Assembly (NCBI GenBank): GCA_963662315.1
Contig: OY759353.1
Span: 3,072,001-3,136,000 of the forward strand
Length of the DNA: 64,000 bases
Reading direction: 5' to 3'
Source of the DNA: Geopsychrobacteraceae bacterium
Lineage (GTDB): Bacteria > Desulfobacterota > Desulfuromonadia > Desulfuromonadales > Geopsychrobacteraceae
Below the pieces are notes generated by a model that did not search any database, had not been told where the DNA came from, and saw nothing but the letters and a program-made list of their open reading frames with translations. A program made the position numbers and the translations under genes. Numbering within the stretch: the stretch's first letter is position 1; every line of letters begins with the position of its first letter. This document shows positions 57,101 through 64,000 of this stretch, in pieces.

Positions 57101-58398
57101 AATATTTCAAGGCCAGTCTGATCGTCCTGTTATTTGTCCTTCTCAGCAGCGCTCCGCTTCTGGCGGCGCGTATCGAAATCAGCGCTCCCGGCGAACAGAC
57201 CATTGCTCTGGCCGTGACCAGGCTGGTGCCGCTGGCGGGGGTTCACCCGGGCGTCGCTGAAGAGTTTGATAAGGTCCTGCAAGGTGATCTCGATCTGTCG
57301 GGGTTGTTCGACATGGTTTCGCCAGCGGCATTTTTAAGTGACGCAACGCGACTGGGACTGACACGGACCGATATCGATTTCAGCCAGTGGCGCATGTTGG
57401 GTACCGAAGCGCTGATTAAAGGCGCCTACAGCGTCAATGCCGGGAAGGTGACCATTGAGCTGCGGCTCTACGATATTATCACCCAGCGTCTGCTCACCGG
57501 CCGGCGTTATATTGGTCAGCTTAACGATATCCGTAAAATTGCCCATACCTTTGCTGACCAGGTGCTGTTGAGCCTGACGGGGGAACAGGGACCGTTTTCG
57601 ACAAAAATTTCTTATATCTCCAATAATACCGGACGCAAAGAGTTGTATCTGATGGATGTTGACGGCCACGGAGTAATCCGCCTGACCGATCACCGTTCCA
57701 TAGTGCTCAATCCTGATTTTTCACCAACGCGCAAGGAGTTGATCTTTACTTCCTACCGCAATGGCAACCCGGATTTGTATCGCAAGGAGATTTACACAGG
57801 GCGTGAATCGCGGCTGTCAATGCAACAGGGGTTGAATATCGGAGGACGTTACAGTCCGGATGGACGTGAGATCGCCCTGACTCTGTCCAAGGACAAGAAT
57901 TCGGAGTTGTACCTGATCGGTACAGATGGCACCATCCACCGGCGCCTGACCAATCACTTCGGAATTGATGTCGATCCGTCCTGGAGCCCTAAAGGTGACC
58001 GGATTGCGTTTGTCTCTGATCGACGTGGTAATCCGAATATTTTTATTGTTAATGTGTTCAGCCTCGACGTGACCCGCCTGACCTTTGAAGGTAAGTACAA
58101 TGCGACACCGGCCTGGAGCCCCAAGGGGGACCGCATCGCATTTTCCCGCCTGGATGATGATGGCTTCAACATTTACACGATTCGTGAAGATGGTACCGAT
58201 GAACGGCAGGTTACTTTCGGTGCCGGTAGCAAGGAGCATCCGCGCTGGAGCCCGGATGGCCGTTTTATTATTTATTCCCTCGATAACGGGGGGAACAACA
58301 AAGCGATCTGGATCATGCGTGCCGATGGAACCGGAGCCAGAAAAATCTCGCCGCCAGGTGGTAGCGCTAGCCATCCTGCGTGGTCTGGACGCTGGTAA
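57097..58398 (+). CDS. tolB: TolB beta-propeller protein
   Basis: TolB N-domain and PD40 repeats (PSWSPKGDRIAF, PAWSPKG, PRWSPDG). Confidence 0.95.
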   Translation: MKYFKASLIVLLFVLLSSAPLLAARIEISAPGEQTIALAVTRLVPLAGVHPGVAEEFDKVLQGDLDLSGLFDMVSPAAFLSDATRLGLTRTDIDFSQWRMLGTEALIKGAYSVNAGKVTIELRLYDIITQRLLTGRRYIGQLNDIRKIAHTFADQVLLSLTGEQGPFSTKISYISNNTGRKELYLMDVDGHGVIRLTDHRSIVLNPDFSPTRKELIFTSYRNGNPDLYRKEIYTGRESRLSMQQGLNIGGRYSPDGREIALTLSKDKNSELYLIGTDGTIHRRLTNHFGIDVDPSWSPKGDRIAFVSDRRGNPNIFIVNVFSLDVTRLTFEGKYNATPAWSPKGDRIAFSRLDDDGFNIYTIREDGTDERQVTFGAGSKEHPRWSPDGRFIIYSLDNGGNNKAIWIMRADGTGARKISPPGGSASHPAWSGRW

Positions 58399-58602
58399 AA
58401 TGAAATTTTAATAAGGATAAATGTAACTGATTGATATGTCTAAGATCTTAAATTTGTTGGGCTTCAGGGATGGGGATAGAAAAATCGTGAATTGAAACCG
58501 ACTGCGGTGTTGTTTTTGTGCCCGGCTTCTGTATAATGTCCTGAATTGTAAAGTGAAACGTACCATAAAATTTTCTCGCGTATGCGAAAGGAGTGGAAGA
58601 TC

Positions 58603-59187
58603 ATGAAAAAAATGACCATTACCCGCTTGGTGGTGATGCTCTTCGCCTTGACTTTACTGGCTTCTGGTTGCGCCAAGAAGCCTGTTGCTGAAGAAATGTC
58701 CCCGCAGGAGACTGCCGTACAGATCGATCAGCAGCAGCCTGCTGGTATTGTCGAGCAGAATGTTTCCGATAGTGCCGTTGATGATGCCGCCGCACGTGCC
58801 GCTGCAGAACGTGCTGCCGCTGATGCAGCTATGGCTGCAGAACGTGCTGCTCAAAGTGGCCTGCAACGTATCCACTTTGATTTTGATCAGTATCTGTTGA
58901 CCGATGAAGCGAAAGCAATTCTGGTCAGCAACGCTGCCCTGCTTTCAGCCGCACCTGGTGTAAACATTCAGATTGAAGGCCACTGTGATGAGCGTGGTTC
59001 TGACGAATACAACCTGGCGCTTGGTGAAAAACGTGCCCTGGCCACCAAAAACTTCCTCGTTTCTCTGGGGATCGCCGATAGTCGTATGAGTGTTATTTCC
59101 TACGGTGAAGAGATGCCTCTTGATCCTTCCGGGACCAAGGAAGCATGGGCTGAGAATCGTCGGGCCGAGTTCAAAATCAAGCGTTAA
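58603..59187 (+). CDS. pal: Peptidoglycan-associated lipoprotein
   Basis: Lipobox LASGC, IHFDFD, EGHCDERGS.EYNLALGEKRA, SYGEE, NRRAE. Confidence 0.96.
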   Translation: MKKMTITRLVVMLFALTLLASGCAKKPVAEEMSPQETAVQIDQQQPAGIVEQNVSDSAVDDAAARAAAERAAADAAMAAERAAQSGLQRIHFDFDQYLLTDEAKAILVSNAALLSAAPGVNIQIEGHCDERGSDEYNLALGEKRALATKNFLVSLGIADSRMSVISYGEEMPLDPSGTKEAWAENRRAEFKIKR

Positions 59188-59206
59188 TTTTTTCTGCTGA
59201 TCATTC

Positions 59207-59244
59207 AGGGCCGCTCATTTACTGACAAATGTGCGGCCCTTTTT
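59207..59244 (+). terminator. Terminator after pal
   Basis: AGGGCCGC/GCGGCCCT stem plus T-tract. Confidence 0.75.
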
Positions 59245-59318
59245 GTTTGTTTGATCGTGAAAAACATTCAAGTGTTGTAAACATAGGCCTGTTTTTCATA
59301 AAACGGTAAGGAGGTCAC

Positions 59319-60149
59319 ATGCGTATTGTGTTGATACTGGCAAGTGTACTGGTGTTGGCCGGTTGTTTGCCGCCAACTCAGGACCAGCTCCGCATGCAGA
59401 TGGATCTGGCTGAAATGAAACGGCGTTTAGCCCAGCTTGAAGTTAAAAATGTCGAAACCGCGCAGAGTGAAGCGGTCGGTGGTGACAGTCTGCAGCGCCA
59501 AATGGCGGAATTGAATGCAGGGCTTGATAACCTGCGCGTTGAATTTCAGTCCGTTAATGGTCGTATTGACGATCTGGCCCAGGAAAATCGTAACGGGCGG
59601 GAAGAAATGCAGCTGGCCAAGGAAGATATGGGGCTGCAGCTGACGTCGCTGGAAAATCGCGTCAGTGAGATGGAAAAGAAACTTGATAATGTTCAGGGTG
59701 CTGTTCCAGCACCAGGGTTAACACCGCCCCCCGGACAGGACCAGGCCCAGCAACAAAAACCGGCTCTGGAACAAGTTACCCCCGAACAGTTATACGAGCA
59801 GGCATTGGGGTTTATCCGTACGGATAATCGTTTTAAAGATGGTCGCACCCTGTTGGAAGAGTTTGTCAGCAAGTATCCCCAGAACCAACTTTATGTGAAT
59901 GCTCTGTACTGGATTGGCGAATCCTATTACGGTGATAAAGAGTACGAAATGGCGATTCTGCAATTCCAGGATGTTATCAGCAAATATGGCAAACATCCCA
60001 AGGCCTCTGCAGCTATGTTGAAGCAGGCCCTGGCTTTTAATGCTTTGGGTGATGGGCAGAATGCCAGCACAACCATGAAGAAACTGATTGAAGAGTATCC
60101 GGATAGCCCGCAGGCTGAGTCGGCCAAGAAGTTCTTGGGAAAAATGTAA
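59319..60149 (+). CDS. cpoB: Tol-Pal system protein YbgF/CpoB
   Basis: Lipobox LAGC, coiled coil, TPR (ALYWIGESYY, AMLKQA, LIEEYPDS). Confidence 0.92.
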   Translation: MRIVLILASVLVLAGCLPPTQDQLRMQMDLAEMKRRLAQLEVKNVETAQSEAVGGDSLQRQMAELNAGLDNLRVEFQSVNGRIDDLAQENRNGREEMQLAKEDMGLQLTSLENRVSEMEKKLDNVQGAVPAPGLTPPPGQDQAQQQKPALEQVTPEQLYEQALGFIRTDNRFKDGRTLLEEFVSKYPQNQLYVNALYWIGESYYGDKEYEMAILQFQDVISKYGKHPKASAAMLKQALAFNALGDGQNASTTMKKLIEEYPDSPQAESAKKFLGKM

Positions 60150-60173
60150 TTTCTATCGGAAAATTACTGCTTT

Positions 60174-60209
60174 AAAAGGCCGCATCTTGCTACAAGGTGC
60201 GGCCTTTTT
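60174..60209. terminator. Bidirectional terminator
   Basis: AAAAGGCCGCATC/GGTGCGGCCTTTT. Confidence 0.8.
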
Positions 60210-61945
60210 CAATCATCCAGATCAAGTCGCCGAAAGGCGGCCAGCACGTCATTCTGACTGAGGATACCAAGCAGCTTCTGAGGTTCTTCAGGATCGATAA
60301 CCGGAAAATAGCTGATATTGCGTTTTTTCTGCAAGGTCTTCAGGGCTTCCCTCAAGGGGGTTTCCGGGGCAATGGTATTGGCTTGGGGGGTGACCAGATC
60401 ACGGGCCACCAGAAGTCCTGCCAGGGACTGGTCAAACAGCAGGTTACGGATCTCAGTGTAATTGATAATGCCAATAAAATTACTGTTGTCGTCAATAACC
60501 GGAAATCGGTCATAACGACTGTGGGCAATAATACGTAACAACTCGTTGAACTTGGTGCCATGATGAATGGTTTCAACATTGCGGCGCATGATATGTTTGA
60601 CCAGAATATCACCGGGGTCCTGCAGCTTGTGGCCAGCGGGTAAGCCCAGATTGGTTCTGAAGTGGTTGGCAATATCATGCAGGCCCTCAATGCCGCTGCG
60701 TGGCGCGCGCTTGCGTAACAGTGCCAGCAGGGGCACCTCTCCTGCCCTGACCAGGCCATGGCGTACTGCTAGCGGACCAGCGAGTTCAAAAATAACAACA
60801 GATCCGAGAATAATGGTTTCCACCAGCTTGCCGCCTTCCGGCCACAGTTTGACCAGCGTAGAAGCAAGGCCGATAGCCATACCCGCCTGTGCCAGAAGGG
60901 TCATGCCACCCCAGCGTTGTTCACGCTCACCAAAGCGCCCCAAACGTGCTCCCCAGGCAGCACCGATGAGTTTTCCGATGGTTCGTGCCACAACGTAGGT
61001 GACCCCGAGCAGGCCGATATGACTCAGGGATTCTATGTGGAGGTTGGCTCCGGCCAGCACGAAGAACACCACGTAAAGCGGGTAATCTACCTCGTTGAGG
61101 GATTTGACCAGGCGGTGCCAGCGCGGTGAGCTATCGGCCAGGACAATTCCGGCGACCAGGCACGATAACAGTGGCTCGAGTCCCATATGTCTGCTGATAA
61201 CAGCAATGCTGGTTACGCCACCCAGCAGCAGAATCTTATGTTCGCTGGGAAGCTCCATATTTTGGGCTAGATAGGACATGACCAGCCCGCCCAGGCCGCC
61301 GATAATTATCGGTACCACAAGTTGATATAAAATGGTGCTGAGACAGCCGCCGGGGGCAACCAGAAGTTGTACCGCAATGGAAAACAGAAACACCGATATC
61401 AGGTTATTAAGGCTGACAAGGGTCAGAATAGCGCTGGTTACGGGCCCTTCGGCTTCGTATTCACGCACCACCATCAAGGTGGCGGCAGGAGCAGTGGCGA
61501 TACTGATGGTCCCGGTGAAAATTCCGAAAAGTAATGATGAAGATATCAGATCCAGATTGCCGATGACGTGTTGCACAATCAATTCATTGACACTGAAGAC
61601 GCACACAGCGACGAATAATCCGGTCCCCAGGGACTCGGTCAGGGAAAAGATCGCGATGCGCTGTTTCCAGCGCCGTAGGTTTTCGGTACGCAGCTGGGCA
61701 CCGATGTTCATCAGGATAAGCGCCAAGGCCACATCGGAAATGAGGTGTAATTCTGCGAGTGCGTGATGGGTAACCAGCGATGGCAGATGGCACAGGCTGG
61801 TGAATGACGGGCCGGTAAACAATCCGGCAAGCAGATAGCCGGTAACCCGCGGTAGGCGACACAGCGTCGCCAGGCGGCCTCCGATCAGGGCACTGACAAG
61901 GATGACAGCCAGGGCCGTGAAAATTTGCATTGCACCTGTGTGCAT
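60209..61945 (-). CDS. Cation:proton antiporter (CPA2/Kef-like) with a C-terminal CBS pair
   Basis: LPRVTGYLLAG, ATAPAAT, FFVLAGA, AQAGMAIGLA; two CBS domains (VKHIMRR...FPVID). Confidence 0.88.
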   Translation of the reverse strand: MHTGAMQIFTALAVILVSALIGGRLATLCRLPRVTGYLLAGLFTGPSFTSLCHLPSLVTHHALAELHLISDVALALILMNIGAQLRTENLRRWKQRIAIFSLTESLGTGLFVAVCVFSVNELIVQHVIGNLDLISSSLLFGIFTGTISIATAPAATLMVVREYEAEGPVTSAILTLVSLNNLISVFLFSIAVQLLVAPGGCLSTILYQLVVPIIIGGLGGLVMSYLAQNMELPSEHKILLLGGVTSIAVISRHMGLEPLLSCLVAGIVLADSSPRWHRLVKSLNEVDYPLYVVFFVLAGANLHIESLSHIGLLGVTYVVARTIGKLIGAAWGARLGRFGEREQRWGGMTLLAQAGMAIGLASTLVKLWPEGGKLVETIILGSVVIFELAGPLAVRHGLVRAGEVPLLALLRKRAPRSGIEGLHDIANHFRTNLGLPAGHKLQDPGDILVKHIMRRNVETIHHGTKFNELLRIIAHSRYDRFPVIDDNSNFIGIINYTEIRNLLFDQSLAGLLVARDLVTPQANTIAPETPLREALKTLQKKRNISYFPVIDPEEPQKLLGILSQNDVLAAFRRLDLDD

Positions 61946-62081
61946 TAATAAGTACTCCGAAAAAAGCTCTGTGCTGCTTGACGTATTTTGAGTAATTTGA
62001 AAGATATCAATGATATCAGGTTTAAGACTTTTTCAGTGAATAATATCAAAATGAATGTCATTTCGTGACAGGGAGAAACCT

Positions 62082-62837
62082 ATGGCGAATCATCCCGCGC
62101 AGATCTCTTTAACCTGCCTTGGCACTGGTGATGCTTTCGGTACTGGTGGGCGGTTACAAAGCTGTTATCACATTGCCGCCGGGCAGCAGCTGTTTCTGCT
62201 GGATTGCGGTTGCTCTGTCCTTAGCGGTTTAAAACGGCAGGGTTTATCTGCGGCACAGATAGATACAGTCTTCATCAGTCATCTCCACGGTGATCATTTT
62301 GGTGGTATCCCCTTTTTACTGCTGGACGGTAAGTATGGTGATAAACGCAGTAAGCCACTGACCCTAATCGGCCCCCCAGGCTTGCAGGAGGCGGTGGCGG
62401 GCCTGGCCAATATCCTTTATCCTGGGACCTTCAGTTCAGGCGTCACTTTTCCGGTAAAATATGTGACACTGGCTGAAGGTACGGTGATTGAACAGGATGA
62501 CTATCAGGTGCGGGCCTGGCGTATGCGTCATGGCAGTAGCGACCAGGTGTATGGCCTTCGCCTCCGTGTTGCCGGCCGGGATATAGCCTACAGTGGCGAT
62601 ACCGAATGGGTTGACAACCTGCGCTTCTTGGCTGCCGGCAGTGATCTGTTTATAGTGGAATGCTGTGGTTACCAGCAGTCTGTAGTGTCTCACCTGGATT
62701 ACCGGACGCTGCTGGCGCGTCGCGCCGAACTTGACTGTCGCAGGATGGTGTTGACCCATATGGGGCAGGATGTACTGAGCAATAAGGGCGCTCTTGAAAT
62801 CGAATTTTTAAATGATGGTGATGTTCTTTTCATTTAA
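62082..62837 (+). CDS. Metallo-beta-lactamase-fold hydrolase (RNase Z/BN-like)
   Basis: LGTGDAF, LDCG, SHLHGDH, YSGDT, LTH. Confidence 0.9.
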   Translation: MANHPAQISLTCLGTGDAFGTGGRLQSCYHIAAGQQLFLLDCGCSVLSGLKRQGLSAAQIDTVFISHLHGDHFGGIPFLLLDGKYGDKRSKPLTLIGPPGLQEAVAGLANILYPGTFSSGVTFPVKYVTLAEGTVIEQDDYQVRAWRMRHGSSDQVYGLRLRVAGRDIAYSGDTEWVDNLRFLAAGSDLFIVECCGYQQSVVSHLDYRTLLARRAELDCRRMVLTHMGQDVLSNKGALEIEFLNDGDVLFI

Positions 62838-62928
62838 ACAACGCCCAGGGGCAAAAAAATGCTCTTAAATCCCAGTTGCTTACGCTTTCCTCTTGAACCT
62901 TAAAGAACTATAAGGCAAGCTGTGCAAC

Positions 62929-64000
62929 ATGCCGAAATTAGCCTTCAGTGCCATTGAACATAATCTCTCCGCATTTCTTGGCGGAGCCAAAGTTTCTCTG
63001 AACGAACTGGAAAAATGCGACCCGCCGGGGTCCGGAGAACAGCGAGGGGATATCTCTGTCCTGCTGGAGTTCGAAGGGATCGATTACCTGTTTCAGGCCA
63101 AACGCCATGAACTCAGCTTTACGGCCACGGAGCGCAGTTTTGTCAGTGAGCTGCTGACTGCTTTCCAGGGACTGTTTTCCGGTTTTTCCGCCGAAGGCTA
63201 TGCGGCTCATTTTCGTACCGCCCTGATGACTTCTTTGACTGATATTGCTGTTGCCAGGTTGATACGTGGTGATCGTAAAGAGGTTTTCTGGCCAACGCAA
63301 AGTTTGATTCAGCTGTTTAAGAACCTGTCTTACCAGCGTTATGAAGGTTCTCCGGCGACCGCAGGATTCCTGGTCTACCGGACCCATCTGGATGATTTCC
63401 TCAATGTTGTGAAAAAGACCCGCTACAACTGGATCGACCTCGGAGAAGATCGGCGCCGCATTACCCCGGATTTTTTTCGGAATCCCCTCTCCTACAGGTT
63501 TGTTGACGGCTATCAGGGGCTTTACGTCAGCGATATCCAGATGAATGTCAAGGGGACCATGCGCACCAGTGCTCCGGGGTTCAGCGACAATATCGAGCAA
63601 CTGGCCAACCGGGAGATTGTCTCGCTGCTGCCCAAGGCCGGTGATGGAGCTTTTGCCATATACGTTAACAAGGGGTCTGAGGTTGAGGTTGTCCTGGACA
63701 GCGATAAACTGCTGCTGTGGCGTAAAGGGGTCTGGGGGATTTATGACCCTGATATCGTCCGGGAATTTCTGAAAGGCAAGCTTGAACGACGTTCCATTGA
63801 ACATCTGGTCTGGGCGATCTATGCCCTGTCAAAAGCCCGCCACGGGACCGTTATTCTGATTGCCAATGATGACACCGATCTTGATGCCCTGCGTAAAGGA
63901 TCCGTTGGCGGACGGGACCCCTTGACCCGCGCGCTGATTCGCCACGTTCGCGGGCGTAAGCTCGGTTCTCTGAAACGCTCCGGTGAACTCAGCCGGATTC
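62929..64000 (+). CDS. Partial CDS (runs off the window), probable DisA_N/diadenylate-cyclase-domain protein with a long N-terminal region
   Basis: Open from ATG 62929 (MPKLAFSAIEHNL...) to the window end; LSYQRYEG and ALSKARHGTVILI resemble the start of a DAC domain; catalytic DGA/RHR motifs would lie beyond the window. Confidence 0.55.
   Translation, partial: MPKLAFSAIEHNLSAFLGGAKVSLNELEKCDPPGSGEQRGDISVLLEFEGIDYLFQAKRHELSFTATERSFVSELLTAFQGLFSGFSAEGYAAHFRTALMTSLTDIAVARLIRGDRKEVFWPTQSLIQLFKNLSYQRYEGSPATAGFLVYRTHLDDFLNVVKKTRYNWIDLGEDRRRITPDFFRNPLSYRFVDGYQGLYVSDIQMNVKGTMRTSAPGFSDNIEQLANREIVSLLPKAGDGAFAIYVNKGSEVEVVLDSDKLLLWRKGVWGIYDPDIVREFLKGKLERRSIEHLVWAIYALSKARHGTVILIANDDTDLDALRKGSVGGRDPLTRALIRHVRGRKLGSLKRSGELSRI

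Noticed and set aside
58801..58850. 17-bp direct repeat GCTGCAGAACGTGCTGC
   Set aside because: Coding Ala-rich linker of Pal (AAERAA twice)
62938..63804. 288-aa minus-strand ORF in the track
   Set aside because: Antisense shadow of the longer plus-strand ORF starting at 62929

Overview
Chromosomal window from a Gram-negative bacterium. Gene content and protein style suggest Desulfuromonadia/Desulfobacterota (inference). About 50 kb (0.8-49.7 kb) is dominated by phosphate-starvation functions: phoB-phoR, ppk1, ppx-sixA, a CHAD-ParA-CYTH-RHH-HhH operon, a GGDEF-EAL gene coupled to an orphan PhnD-type binding protein, PIN-PhoH/FRG, pstSCAB-phoU and a chemoreceptor. An 11-bp-spaced CTnACA-type direct repeat (Pho-box-like) can be read upstream of at least ten of these units. 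Three units under this motif look like phosphorus-free lipid pathways: an OlsF-like ornithine-lipid synthase, a PHP-phosphoesterase/GT4-glycosyltransferase fusion with a radical SAM gene, and an uncharacterised four-gene operon. That operon encodes an 816-aa protein with GCS2/YbdK-like ligase motifs, a variant Psd-type decarboxylase, a variant Lgt-type diacylglyceryl transferase and a DUF2062-like protein, and is the best candidate for an undescribed system. The CHAD-ParA operon is a second candidate, possibly for polyphosphate-granule positioning. The right end holds PBP1A, a structured leader before queC-folE2, a DnaA-box cluster, tol-pal, a CBS-domain antiporter, an MBL hydrolase and a truncated probable DisA/DAC-domain gene. 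No rRNA, tRNA, CRISPR array or transposase was recognised. All assignments come from reading motifs by eye, with no database searches.
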